Assembly (NCBI GenBank): GCA_963823555.1 | Contig: CAWGMA010000004.1 | Span: 128,001-192,000, forward strand | Source: Candidatus Eiseniibacteriota bacterium | GTDB taxonomy: Bacteria > Eisenbacteria > RBG-16-71-46 > CAVPCR01 | Reading direction: 5' to 3' | Length of the DNA stretch: 64,000 nucleotides | In this document: positions 38,022-47,958 of the stretch, piece by piece | Position numbering within the stretch: position 1 is the stretch's first letter | How the letters are laid out: the number at the start of each line of letters is the position of its first letter | Notes under the pieces: generated by a model | Told to the model about the DNA's origin: nothing | The model's database searches: none | Seen by the model: only the letters and a program-made list of their open reading frames with translations | Translations under genes and position numbers: made by a program

Positions 38022-38762
38022 TCACCTGGCGCTCCCGGATTGCCGGGCCGCCTCTTCGGCCAGATCGTGCGCCGCCTCACGCCCCAGGAAACGCTCGGCC
38101 GCGGAATGGCCGACGTAGATGAGCGGCGTGAGCAAGACGGCCACTGTGAACTTGTACACGTATTGGGTCACAGCGATGTTGGCGAACTGCTGGCCAGTGA
38201 GCTTGCCGGGAAGATAGAAGGCAATGCCGAGGATGATGACCGTATCGACTAACTGCGAGAACACCGTCGATCCGGTCGCGCGCAGCCAGAGTCGCCCGGA
38301 CCCGGTGCGCCGGCGGAAGGCGTGGAAAACGAGGACATCGGTGAGCTGGCTCACGGCGAACGCGGTCAGTGAGCCCACGATGATCCACATCGACTGCCCG
38401 AACACGTTGGCGAAGGACTCGCCGGAGACGGGAGAGAATTCCGTGGCCTGGATCCCGAGTGCGAGGAAGAGCACGATGAAGGCATAGCTGATCATGGCCA
38501 CCCCGAGCAACGTCAGCTGGCGCACGCCTTGCTTCCCGAAGTACTCGTTGACGAGGTCCGTGGTGAGGAACACGACGGGCCACGGCAGGACACCCACCGA
38601 CATGATGAACGGCCCGATCTTGAACAGGCCGAGGTCGAGGCCGAAGCCGGGGTTGCCGAGAAAGAAGATCTTGCCCCCGATCAGTTCACCGAGGAGGGCG
38701 TTGGTGAGAAAGAAGCCGCCCAGGATCAGGAAGAGCGTGTCGCGCCGGGTGCGCATCGCCAT
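38022..38762 (-). CDS. Queuosine precursor transporter (YhhQ/VUT family)
   Basis: LPWPVVFLTTDLVNEYFG, GSLTAFAVSQLTDV and WLRATGSTVFSQLVDT. Confidence 0.88.
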   Translation of the reverse strand: MAMRTRRDTLFLILGGFFLTNALLGELIGGKIFFLGNPGFGLDLGLFKIGPFIMSVGVLPWPVVFLTTDLVNEYFGKQGVRQLTLLGVAMISYAFIVLFLALGIQATEFSPVSGESFANVFGQSMWIIVGSLTAFAVSQLTDVLVFHAFRRRTGSGRLWLRATGSTVFSQLVDTVIILGIAFYLPGKLTGQQFANIAVTQYVYKFTVAVLLTPLIYVGHSAAERFLGREAAHDLAEEAARQSGSAR

Positions 38763-38816
38763 GATCGAGTCCCTCGGGTCTTGATGTGATGGAGGTGCAG
38801 GCGGGAATCGGGGAGG

Positions 38817-39845
38817 CTAGGGAGAAGCGGGAGCGGTGTCAACCGGGGAGTGGGTGCCGGCGGCGCCGGGGTGCCGCGCCGCCATCAGCCGGTCGACGGC
38901 GGCGGCGAGCCGGCGCAGCTTCGCTTCACCGCCCTCGCGATCAGCGAGCAAGCAGACGAGGATGTATCGCCGGCCGCCAGTCGCGATCAGCGCCGAGTCG
39001 CCTTGCCATGGACCGAAGCTGCCCGACTTGCGGAGGATCGTGTAGCCGGGAATCCTCACCGGCCGGCCCGCTTCGGGTGCTTTCGCTCCGGCCGCCGCAC
39101 GTAGTCCGGCTACGAACTTGTGATCCCACGTGGTGACGGAGAGGATCTCGCGCATGTCGGCGCTGGCGTCTGGGCTCACGAGCTCGCTGCGAGCGAGGAG
39201 GGCGTAGAAGCGGGCGACCGCGGCGGCGCTCGCGGCGTGGGTCCGGCCGGAGCACGGGTCGACCTTCCACGCTGGCCCACCGCTGTAGTCCGCGCCGACC
39301 CACAGTCCGCCGCGCTCGGCGTCGTGGAGCGCCATCCGTGGATCTTCGAGCGCGGAGGCGATGCGCTCGAAACCCAGGATCTCGATCGCGCGCGTGGCAT
39401 CAGGGTTCGATGACGAGCGGATCATGCGCTCGAGCACGGTACGCAGGTCCGGCGTGATCTCGATCTCACCCGCCTGGGCGGTGGCATAGGCGGCGGCGAG
39501 GATGGCGAGCTTGGCCACGCTGGCCGCGCCGAGGGTCGAATCCGCGGCCATGCCGGCGGACCGCGCCGGGGATTCGCTCAGATCCACGAGCGCGAGGCTG
39601 GCCCGCCCCTCGCGAGCAAGCTCGGCAATGCCGAGTTCGCTCGCGATCGCGTCGAGGGCGACATCGAGATCGGGATCCCGATTACCCATGGGGTCGGGGG
39701 TCGTCACGCCGGCGCGGGCCGCCGGGACGGGTCCGCTCGCCGGGGCGTGCAGGGGGAGCTTGCCGCGCCCCATCCAGGCGACACCCCCGATGGCGAGGCT
39801 CGCGAGCAAGACGAGCATGAAGGCCGGCGCCCGTGGGAAACGCAT
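38817..39845 (-). CDS. Serine hydrolase, class A beta-lactamase-like / PBP fold
   Basis: SVAK (SxxK), SSN (SxN) and KSG motifs; N-terminal membrane anchor. Confidence 0.8.
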   Translation of the reverse strand: MRFPRAPAFMLVLLASLAIGGVAWMGRGKLPLHAPASGPVPAARAGVTTPDPMGNRDPDLDVALDAIASELGIAELAREGRASLALVDLSESPARSAGMAADSTLGAASVAKLAILAAAYATAQAGEIEITPDLRTVLERMIRSSSNPDATRAIEILGFERIASALEDPRMALHDAERGGLWVGADYSGGPAWKVDPCSGRTHAASAAAVARFYALLARSELVSPDASADMREILSVTTWDHKFVAGLRAAAGAKAPEAGRPVRIPGYTILRKSGSFGPWQGDSALIATGGRRYILVCLLADREGGEAKLRRLAAAVDRLMAARHPGAAGTHSPVDTAPASP

Positions 39846-39854
39846 GCCCGGAGC

Positions 39855-40979
39855 CTAGCGGTCCGCGCCCTCCGCGTCAGGTCTCAAGTAGTAGCTCGCC
39901 AGCACGCGGGCGGCTGGCTTTCCACGCGGGGTGTACTCGGGATCCCCGGGGCCCCCGCCGCGGCCGTCCAGCGGCCATTTCCAGAAGTAGAGGCCGGCGA
40001 GCCAGGGCTGGGGCCACAGTGCGCGGAAGGTGGCCTCGTAAGCCCGGGACTGCTCCTCCAGATCGACTGGATCGTCGCGACCGGGCCACTCCCAGGGTCG
40101 GATCGCCGCGCCGCGCACCGCCGGAAAGCCGATCTCGGTGATGAGAACGGGACGCCGGTAGCGCTCGGCCAGGTGAGCCAGGAGGGCGATCGTGGGCTCG
40201 AACCCGCGAACCAGGGTCTCCACGTCCAGGCCGGGGTCGCCGCCCAGGCTCGGATAGGCATTGATCCCGATCCAGTCGAGCTCGTCCCAGAAGGTGATTT
40301 CCTGAGCTTCGTCGTGAAGATTGGCGGCATAGGTGATCGGCCCGTGGTACACGGCTCGCACCGCAGCGATGAGTGCTCGCCAGTCCTCGGGCCGTTCGCG
40401 TGTGGCGCGCACGTACTCGAGCCCGATGCAGAATCCCTCGCAGCCATGTTCCTCGGCCATCCCGGCATAGTGGAGGATATAGCGGCGGTAGTTGGCGAAC
40501 CAGAGCTGCCAATCCGCGTCCGAATGCATGTGGAGGTCACCGTGCCACCGCGCCTCCGGACCCCAGAACTGACGGCTCCAGATGTGGGGCTTCACGAACA
40601 CAGCCATCCCCAGTTCGTGGGCCTCTTCGATGAAGCCGATCTGGCGTGTGGTGAAATCGCGGAAACGAAGCTCAGGCTCTTCGATATCGGGCTGGTAGGC
40701 GAAGGGAACGACCTGCACGGCATTGACACCGAGCGCGGCGAGCTCGCGAAGGGTACGAGGCGCCTCGGGATGATCGTGCTCGCCGGAATGGGTTTCGAGA
40801 ACCATGCCGCGCTGGAAGCCCGCTCCGGGCGCCGGGCGAACGGCCGGCGCGGCGGCAGGTCGCGCGGCGCTTGCTGCATCGCCCCGGCCGGGGGTGGTCC
40901 CGGTCGAGACCATGAGCGCAAGCGCTAGCGCGAGGGCGATCAGGGCGCTGACGACAGCGACGCGACCAGGGAGCGACAT
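39855..40979 (-). CDS. Secreted TIM-barrel glycoside hydrolase (GH113-like)
   Basis: GVNAVQVVP, VKPHIW, CIGLEY, ITYAAN, DWIGINAY and LITEIGF. Confidence 0.78.
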   Translation of the reverse strand: MSLPGRVAVVSALIALALALALMVSTGTTPGRGDAASAARPAAAPAVRPAPGAGFQRGMVLETHSGEHDHPEAPRTLRELAALGVNAVQVVPFAYQPDIEEPELRFRDFTTRQIGFIEEAHELGMAVFVKPHIWSRQFWGPEARWHGDLHMHSDADWQLWFANYRRYILHYAGMAEEHGCEGFCIGLEYVRATRERPEDWRALIAAVRAVYHGPITYAANLHDEAQEITFWDELDWIGINAYPSLGGDPGLDVETLVRGFEPTIALLAHLAERYRRPVLITEIGFPAVRGAAIRPWEWPGRDDPVDLEEQSRAYEATFRALWPQPWLAGLYFWKWPLDGRGGGPGDPEYTPRGKPAARVLASYYLRPDAEGADR

Positions 40980-41315
40980 CGGTCCTCGTTATCGATCGTA
41001 CCGGCGTATCGGGGGGGAAGGACGGGGGACGGGCGCCGGGGAATAGGCCCCACCGCGCCGCCATGACCGCTAGCGTATCACGCTGGAACAGGCGACGTCA
41101 GGTCCGTGGGATCAGGACCTCAGCACGGGCAGCCGATAAGAACTCAGAGGGGCCGGGCTCGGCGGGGGATCGCCCGCGGCGGGTCCTGCCTCGGGTGGCC
41201 GACCGGCCGCGGCGTCTCGGACGCCCGCCCCCGGGTGACCGCCCACCGGAGCGAGCGCGGAACGCGTGCACCTCCCGCCGCTGCCCCGCCGCCGCCGCCA
41301 ACCGGAGGAGTGCCC

Positions 41316-41735
41316 ATGACGAACCAAAGCCGCTGGGCGATCTGGGCTGCCATGGCCTGTTCGCTGATCGTGTACCTTTCGATTCCGCTCTTCCTGCCTG
41401 CGCCATCGATGACGTACGAGGCGACCGATTTCGGCATCCTGTTCACCGCGATGGGCGTGGTCGCCGTCCTGACATCGGTGGTCTCGCTGGTCATGCGCCG
41501 AATGCTCGTGGTCCAGCCCATCCGCACCCGCGCGCTGGATCCCCGGTCCCCGGACGGGATGCAGCGCCTGTCCCAGGCTCTCCTCCTCACCTGGGTGCTC
41601 TCCGAGGCCGTGGCCCTCTATGGGCTCGTTCTCTACCTGGTCACGCGGCAGGTCCAGCTCATGGTGCCGTTCGTGATGATGAGCGCCTTCCTGCTCGTGG
41701 TGCACGCGCCGCGCGGGGTCGAGGCCGAGCGCTAG
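41316..41735 (+). CDS. Hypothetical four-TM membrane protein
   Basis: GGAGGAG RBS; hydrophobic helices; WVLSEAVALYGLV pattern. Confidence 0.7.
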   Translation: MTNQSRWAIWAAMACSLIVYLSIPLFLPAPSMTYEATDFGILFTAMGVVAVLTSVVSLVMRRMLVVQPIRTRALDPRSPDGMQRLSQALLLTWVLSEAVALYGLVLYLVTRQVQLMVPFVMMSAFLLVVHAPRGVEAER

Positions 41736-42643
41736 GCAGAGGACCCGGCGCCGGCGCCCGCCGCCGGCACCGCTTCCCTGCGTCCAAGCTCGGAGATCAG
41801 AACGCCGCTGACGACAACCGCAGCGCCGACGAGGCTTGCGGGTGGCATTCGCTCGCCGAAGAACATGGCAGCAAAGACGAGAGCGAAGACCGGTTCGAGC
41901 GAGTAGATGACGCCGGCTCGAACCGAACTCGTTTCCCTTTGCCAGCGCATGTGAAGAACGAGGGCGAGCGCCGTGGCCACGATACCGGTGAAGGCGATGG
42001 CCCCCATGAGACGCGGCGTCCAGGTTACCTGAGGTCGCTCGAGGATCGCACCCGTCGCGGCCATGAGGGCCGCGGCGGCGATCGCCGGCCACATGAAGGC
42101 CCACGGGTCATGCCGCCGCGACAGGATCTGCAGGGCAACGATCTCGAGCGCGAACATGACGGCGCAGCCGAGAGTGAGCCAGTCGCCCAGGTTGAAGCGC
42201 ATGCTCTCGGGCCGGGTGAGGAGAGCGATCCCGAGCGCGGCGACCAGGGCCCCGGCCACCGCACTGCGTTCCGGTCGCCCACGCTCGAACCAGCGAGAGA
42301 ACACGGGCACGAACACGACACACGTGCCGGTCAAGAAGGCCGATTTGCTCGCGGTCGTCATGGTGAGGCCGAACGTTTGCAGCACCCATCCGGCTCCCAG
42401 GATCACGCCCAGGAGCAGGCCGGCGCCCGCGGCGCGCCAGCCCGGGACGCGAAGCGGCCCGGCCAGGAAGGGGACGAGGATCAACGCGGCCAGGGTGAAG
42501 CGCAGGGCCAGGAACGTCATCGGGGCGGCATCGGCGAGCGCGCTCTTGATGAGGGGAAAGGTGAGTCCCCAGGCTGCCGTGACCAGGATCAGGATGAACT
42601 CGGCTCGCCGTGCTTGCGCCTTGGGGTCAGGCGGTGGATTCAC
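41732..42643 (-). CDS. DMT/EamA-family transporter
   Basis: WGLTFP, LALRFTLA, TTASKSAFLT, GDWLTLGCA and YSLEPVFA. Confidence 0.9.
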   Translation of the reverse strand: MNPPPDPKAQARRAEFILILVTAAWGLTFPLIKSALADAAPMTFLALRFTLAALILVPFLAGPLRVPGWRAAGAGLLLGVILGAGWVLQTFGLTMTTASKSAFLTGTCVVFVPVFSRWFERGRPERSAVAGALVAALGIALLTRPESMRFNLGDWLTLGCAVMFALEIVALQILSRRHDPWAFMWPAIAAAALMAATGAILERPQVTWTPRLMGAIAFTGIVATALALVLHMRWQRETSSVRAGVIYSLEPVFALVFAAMFFGERMPPASLVGAAVVVSGVLISELGRREAVPAAGAGAGSSA

Positions 42644-44562
42644 GGTTCCTCCACCGCATTCGATCGCATGTGGATGTCGTCCCGCATCCGTTGCATGGTC
42701 ACGTTTCCGGGATCGAGGGCGAGCCCGCGCTCCAGCGCGGCCAGCGCCGAATCGGGCCGTCCCGCGATGAACTCGGTGCCCCCGAGTCGCATCCAGAGGT
42801 AGGGATTGCGCCCGTCGATGGCCACGGCGCGGCGGAAGGCCTGGGCCGCCGCCGCGGCTTCTCCAAGTCGCGCGTGGCTTTCTCCCAATCCGGTCCAGCT
42901 TGCCACCGAACCGGGAGCGCGCGTCACCGCTTCGTGAAACACCCGAATGGCATCGACCGGGCGTCCGGCTTTGAGAAGTGCGGCACCCAGGTTGTAGCGG
43001 GCCACCGGATCGCCGGGCGCCGCGGCCACCGCCCGCTCGAAGGCGGCGATCGCCTCCTCGTCGCGTCCCTCGTCAGCCAGGGCGATACCCAGGCTGATGT
43101 AGGATGCGGCGCGATCGATCGTGACCAGGTCGAGGTGGACCATGGCGGTCGATCCGGCCACCAGCAGGAGAGGAAGAGCAAGCGTCGAGAAGAGCGTCCG
43201 TGTGCCATGGTGCAGGGCCCGGCGTCCCCGCCGCCAGATCTCGACGACGGCGAAGGCGGCGAACAATAGCAGCACCGGGACCAGGGGGGCGCGGTAGCGG
43301 GCGGTGACGAAGAAGAGAACGACACCGATCGTGAACGCGGCCACGAAGAGGAGGGGCAGCCCCAGCCGACGCCGGTGCTGGTGCGAGAGCGCGAGAATCA
43401 ACCCCGTGAGGGCCAGTGGCCCGGCCCAGGCGAAGGTGACGAGCGGAGCGCGCAGGAGCGGGATCAGGTCGCGGTAGAGGGCGGGATCCTCGATCTGAGC
43501 GATCTCGGTCGCGTTCCAGAACAGGAGCAGCTTGCGACCCAGAATCCGGAGGGCGCGGCCCGGCTGGGCCCGCACGTAGTCGAGCGTGCGCTGGGTGTAG
43601 AACGCTGAGACCGCGGACGGTTTGAGGGGTTGTCCCAGCGCCGCCTCCGCGAGGCGGCGGCCGCTCGGGTCGGTGATCATCCAGGAGACATCGACCGGGA
43701 TGTGGCGCAAGCCCGCTGCCTGGGCTACCTGGTCGAGCTGGATGTAGGTGCCGCGGCCGAGCGGATTGTTGCCGATGTACAGGTTGAGACCGCCGTTCGA
43801 TGAGATGAGCACCGTGTCGCCGCCTACCACCCAGTTGCGAAGCGTGACCGGTGCGATGACGAGCGCCAGACCGGCGAGGTACGCGATGAGGAGTCGGCTG
43901 CGATGACGAGACGCAAACCACAGCCAGACGAGCGCGCCCGGGGCGAACAGGAGCAGGCTGGCCCGGCCGAGGGCCATGATGCCGAGCACGGCTCCGGCCA
44001 GGATGACGGGTCCGCGCCGGGTGTCAGGCCCGACTCGGGCCAGGGCCAGGAGCGCCCAGAGGCCGAGCAGCCCGAGCAACCATTCCATGAGGAACTGGTT
44101 GTCGTAGAGGATGAGCATGCCGTAGAGCGCCATCGCGATGGCCGCCACCAGGGCCACCGTGCGATCGCACAGACGGCGAGCGAGAACATAGAGGAGCACG
44201 GGTCCAGCGCTTCCCAGGAGCGATTGCAGGAAGAGGAGACGGGTGAGCTCGAACCCCGTGATCAGCGCCATGAGAGCCAGCACATAGGCGTACAACGGCC
44301 CCATGAAGAAGACGTCACGGCCCATCCAGTTCCCGGCGGCGATGGACCTCGCCTGGTCGAGGTAGTACGCGGCGTCGAGTCCTGGTGAGTGGATGAGCGG
44401 AGTGCGCGTGAGCTGGTACAAGTAGAGCGCACGCAGGAGGAAGGCGAAGAGAAAGAGCGCGGCCATGATGATCCCGTCGCGGCCGCGCTCGATCGCCGGA
44501 GGTGGGGAAGGCGAGGAGTCGCGAGCTCCGCTGCGCGCTCCTCCCGGCCGCGATCGACTCAC
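42640..44562 (-). CDS. GT-C glycosyltransferase (ArnT/PMT-like) with C-terminal TPR repeats
   Basis: DAAYY, FFMGPLYAY, PVTLRN, NGGLNLYIGNN and FFVTARYRAP, followed by several TPRs. Confidence 0.82.
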   Translation of the reverse strand: MSRSRPGGARSGARDSSPSPPPAIERGRDGIIMAALFLFAFLLRALYLYQLTRTPLIHSPGLDAAYYLDQARSIAAGNWMGRDVFFMGPLYAYVLALMALITGFELTRLLFLQSLLGSAGPVLLYVLARRLCDRTVALVAAIAMALYGMLILYDNQFLMEWLLGLLGLWALLALARVGPDTRRGPVILAGAVLGIMALGRASLLLFAPGALVWLWFASRHRSRLLIAYLAGLALVIAPVTLRNWVVGGDTVLISSNGGLNLYIGNNPLGRGTYIQLDQVAQAAGLRHIPVDVSWMITDPSGRRLAEAALGQPLKPSAVSAFYTQRTLDYVRAQPGRALRILGRKLLLFWNATEIAQIEDPALYRDLIPLLRAPLVTFAWAGPLALTGLILALSHQHRRRLGLPLLFVAAFTIGVVLFFVTARYRAPLVPVLLLFAAFAVVEIWRRGRRALHHGTRTLFSTLALPLLLVAGSTAMVHLDLVTIDRAASYISLGIALADEGRDEEAIAAFERAVAAAPGDPVARYNLGAALLKAGRPVDAIRVFHEAVTRAPGSVASWTGLGESHARLGEAAAAAQAFRRAVAIDGRNPYLWMRLGGTEFIAGRPDSALAALERGLALDPGNVTMQRMRDDIHMRSNAVEEP

Positions 44563-44864
44563 AACCGGTCGACCATGACGCGACGCTGTCGCTTCTCGCC
44601 GAGGAGGATCTCCAGGTGGCGATCGATCTCGGCCAGCTGGTTCCGAAAGTCCTGATCCTGGGCCAGCGCAGCTTGGCTCTCAGTCGACGCGAACTCGATG
44701 ATCTCGACGAATCGCCCCAGCTTGACGCGGTCCTCGAGCACGATGAAGCGGACAACTCCGCTCACCGCGGCCAGCTGTCTCCGCGCTCCCTCCATGTGAG
44801 AGAGGTAGTGACGTCGTTGATCGAGCGGCACGTCTGCGGTCACGACCTCTGCGCAGATCGGCAT
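44559..44864 (-). CDS. Small hypothetical protein, possibly ABM-like dimeric alpha/beta barrel
   Basis: Tightly packed between thiO and the GT gene (GTGA overlap); GVVRFIVLED..GRFVEIIEFAS pattern. Confidence 0.6.
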   Translation of the reverse strand: MPICAEVVTADVPLDQRRHYLSHMEGARRQLAAVSGVVRFIVLEDRVKLGRFVEIIEFASTESQAALAQDQDFRNQLAEIDRHLEILLGEKRQRRVMVDRL

Positions 44865-44867
44865 GTC

Positions 44868-46043
44868 CTAGCCCTCCGCTGCCGGTGTTGGCACCCGATC
44901 TGGCAGGAAGGGGCGGAGCGCCTCCGGCGTGCGCCCCGAGACGACCGCTTCGGCCACCAGTTCCGCCGTCAGCGGCGCCAGGAGAATCCCGTTGCGGAAG
45001 TGTCCCGTGGCGAGATGAAGCCCGGGCAGGCGCCCGTACGGCCCAAGCAGCGGCAACCCGTCTCGGGATTGGGGGCGGAGCCCGGCATCCACGCGGACGA
45101 CCTCCCCGGCCTCGATCTCGGGCGCGTAGCGCGCCACTGCATTCACGATGGACTTGAGGCCGCCCGCGGTCGCGACGCGGGCGAATCCGGCGTCTTCAAC
45201 CGTCGTTCCAACGATGAGCTCGCCCCCCGAGCGTGGAACGACATAGGCCCCATGCGTGTACAGGATATGGCCTAGCTTGTGCTGCAGGAGACGAATCAAC
45301 AAGATCTGGCCGCGCCGCGGCTCGATCCAGTCAGGGGGCAGGGGCATGCCGGCAATGCGGCTCGACCAGGCCCCGGCGGCGATGACGGTGCTTCCAGCCT
45401 CGAAGCGGCGATCGCCGGCGGCGACACCGCGGGCCCGTCCGCCGGCGACCAGGACGGAGGTCACGGTGACGCCCTCGATGAAGCGCACACCGCGCCGCTT
45501 GGCTGCTGCCACGAGCCCGCGGGCGAGAGATTCGGCATCGACCCAAGCCTCCTCGGGGAGGAGGAGGGCGCCGGGGAGGTCGGGGACGAGCAGGGGTTCG
45601 AGCCGGTATGCTTCGTGGCCGGAGAGCCAGGTCGCCTTGAGCCCGAGCGGGTGCTGCCAGTCGCGCCGAGCCTTGAGCTCCGTCGCTCTCTCGGCCGTCA
45701 GGGCCAGGTTCAAGACCTCGGTAGGCCGGTAGTCAATGGGCAATCCGGCCTCTACACTCACGCCCCGCACCCAATCTGCGTACCGGGCGCGGCAGGCCAG
45801 GCCGAGGTCGAGGAAGGGGGAAGGTCCCTCGGCTTCGGCTTGAGGTGACAGCATGCCGGCGGCGACGGCGGATGTCTCCGGCCCCGCCGTCCCGCGTTCG
45901 ATCACGGTCACCTGGACACCACGACGGGTGAGCTCGAGGGCCACGGCGGCCCCGATGATGCCGCCGCCCACGACGACGGCGTCACCCGCCGAACGGGGCG
46001 AGATGTTGGGAGCTTGGCGCGTACTGGCCGATGGCTGATTCAT
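44868..46043 (-). CDS. thiO: Glycine oxidase ThiO / D-amino acid oxidase family
   Basis: VGGGIIG, SAVAAGML, AAGAWS, PRRGQ, AGLRP and ATGHFRNGILLAP. Confidence 0.88.
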   Translation of the reverse strand: MNQPSASTRQAPNISPRSAGDAVVVGGGIIGAAVALELTRRGVQVTVIERGTAGPETSAVAAGMLSPQAEAEGPSPFLDLGLACRARYADWVRGVSVEAGLPIDYRPTEVLNLALTAERATELKARRDWQHPLGLKATWLSGHEAYRLEPLLVPDLPGALLLPEEAWVDAESLARGLVAAAKRRGVRFIEGVTVTSVLVAGGRARGVAAGDRRFEAGSTVIAAGAWSSRIAGMPLPPDWIEPRRGQILLIRLLQHKLGHILYTHGAYVVPRSGGELIVGTTVEDAGFARVATAGGLKSIVNAVARYAPEIEAGEVVRVDAGLRPQSRDGLPLLGPYGRLPGLHLATGHFRNGILLAPLTAELVAEAVVSGRTPEALRPFLPDRVPTPAAEG

Positions 46044-46226
46044 GGTTCGATCACGGCTCTCGAGGGAGCCTTCCCCGAGCTGATGCGATGGGCTTTTGCT
46101 CTGGCACCGGCAATGGTGCTTGCGGCAAGATCACGCGTTCATGCGGCTGCGGAGTCTAGCACAGGAGGAGAGTTGAGCGAGTGCCGAGGGTCCTTGCGCC
46201 GGCGTTGCGGGGTCCGGGAACCGGGT

Positions 46227-47849
46227 ATGAATGGAAGGTCGCCGCGAGGCGCTGGAAGCGATGGCGACTTCCGGGCCGCGTTGGTTGTTCTCGGCGTCCT
46301 CTCGATCCTGTTCGCTTTCCCGGCCCAGGCGGCAGCCCCGGTCCAGACCGATCCCGCGATCGAGATCCGCGTCGACCGCCTCATTCGCCGCAGCGTCGAG
46401 TTCATCTACGAGGGGCAACTCGATTCCGCACAGGCCGCCGTCGAAGCCGCGGCGGCAATTGCTCCCGATGATCCGCGCGTCGGCCTGTTTCGTTTCCGCA
46501 TGCTGCGCGAGAACTATCCTGATGATCTGAATGAGGAAGAGCGAGCATTGCGCCTGGCGCCGCTTCTCCTGGCGCCTCTCGATCAGACCATTGCGCAGTG
46601 CGACTCCATCCTCGAACTGCGCCAGAATGACTCGGCTGCAACCCTGTATCGCGGCTGGGCCCACATGATGAAGGCGCAGACCCATGCCATCGCCGGGCAG
46701 GTGTGGGCCGCCGGCAGCGAGAGCCGGCGCGGCAAGAACGACCTGGATCGTTACCTGAGCAATCAACCCGGTGATCCCGACGCCGGAGTCATCGTTGGTG
46801 GCTATCTCTATTTTGCCGACATCTTGCCGGGCATCGTCAAGTTCATCAAGTTCTTCGCCCGCGTCCCGGGAGGTAACAAGGACCGCGGCCTCGAGCTGCT
46901 AGCGACCGGCGCTCGCACTCAAGGCACGTACACCACCACCGACGCCCAGATCGTGCTGGCGGTCATCTACTACCTGTTCGAGGGTCGAATAGAGGACGCA
47001 CGCGAGGCCTTTTCGGACCTGATCCTGCGCTATCCATACAACCCGCGCGTGGTCGAGCTCTACGGCTCGACAGCTCTGGTGTTCCCCGAGCTCAGCATGG
47101 AGGCGATCGCTGCGCAGAATCGCCTGCTTGCGGTGTGGGGGACGCGCGTTCGCGGCTGGGAGGAGATGTACTACTACCGCTTGCTCTGGCTCCGGGCCCG
47201 GCTCTGGAATCAGGTCGGCGAGCACGAGGCGGCGCGACAGGATCTGGAACGGATCGTCGATGCGTCGCTGGTCGATCCCTTCTGGCTGACGCCCCGCGCG
47301 CTCATCGGCCTGGCGAGCCTGGCCGCCAATCGCGGCGAGCCGGACCTCGCCCGCAGCTATGCCGCGCGCGTTCTCAGCCAGTCCGGATGGAGCCGCTATC
47401 ACGAGCAGGCACGCCGCTACGAGAAGGCTCCGGTGAGCCGGCGTCAGCGCGAGCTGTTCGCGGACCAGGCTGAGATCAGGCAGGCGATCTACGGGAAGGA
47501 GGAGGATCCGGCCGCGACCCGCCGCATGATCGCCGACGCGCGGGAGCGCTACGGCGCGGATCCGCGACTGTCCTTTCTCGAGGCCGAGCTCGACCATGAG
47601 GTCGGCGCGATCGAGGCGGCTCGCAGTGGATACGAGTCGATCGTGGCCACCGACATGGAGAGCGCGTTCGAGTCGATGCGGCTCATGAGCTACATGCGGC
47701 TCGGAGAGATCGCCCTCGCCGCCGGGCGCTACGCTGAGGCCACCCGCAACTACGAGCAGGCGCGGAAGATCGAGTCAGGCTATACGCTCCTCGGCAACGT
47801 GATCCGCGGTCGTCTGATCTTCATCTCGGAGGCGAAGAAGGGACGCTGA
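46227..47849 (+). CDS. Secreted TPR-repeat protein (TTC39/IML2-like segment)
   Basis: Signal peptide; all-helical repeats; GYLYFADILPGIVKFIKFFARVPGGNKDRGLELL. Confidence 0.7.
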   Translation: MNGRSPRGAGSDGDFRAALVVLGVLSILFAFPAQAAAPVQTDPAIEIRVDRLIRRSVEFIYEGQLDSAQAAVEAAAAIAPDDPRVGLFRFRMLRENYPDDLNEEERALRLAPLLLAPLDQTIAQCDSILELRQNDSAATLYRGWAHMMKAQTHAIAGQVWAAGSESRRGKNDLDRYLSNQPGDPDAGVIVGGYLYFADILPGIVKFIKFFARVPGGNKDRGLELLATGARTQGTYTTTDAQIVLAVIYYLFEGRIEDAREAFSDLILRYPYNPRVVELYGSTALVFPELSMEAIAAQNRLLAVWGTRVRGWEEMYYYRLLWLRARLWNQVGEHEAARQDLERIVDASLVDPFWLTPRALIGLASLAANRGEPDLARSYAARVLSQSGWSRYHEQARRYEKAPVSRRQRELFADQAEIRQAIYGKEEDPAATRRMIADARERYGADPRLSFLEAELDHEVGAIEAARSGYESIVATDMESAFESMRLMSYMRLGEIALAAGRYAEATRNYEQARKIESGYTLLGNVIRGRLIFISEAKKGR

Positions 47850-47958
47850 GGCGGCGCCCCAGGATGTGCGGGGCAGGTTCCTCACCCGCCCCGCTCCGTC
47901 GCCCTTCCCTGCCGGTCAGGGGAAGTCGTGGCCTCCCTGATCCGATACCCCGATGCGG

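Noticed and set aside
38763..38816. preQ1 riboswitch before the queuosine precursor transporter
   Set aside because: Short gap with no A-rich tail or preQ1 loop consensus.
39855..40979. Gene transfer agent or phage baseplate gene (GTA TIM-barrel similarity)
   Set aside because: Stand-alone secreted TIM barrel with no phage or GTA genes nearby; a glycosidase is the simpler reading.
46044..46226. TPP riboswitch upstream of thiO
   Set aside because: No CTGAGA / ACCTGA core on the minus strand.
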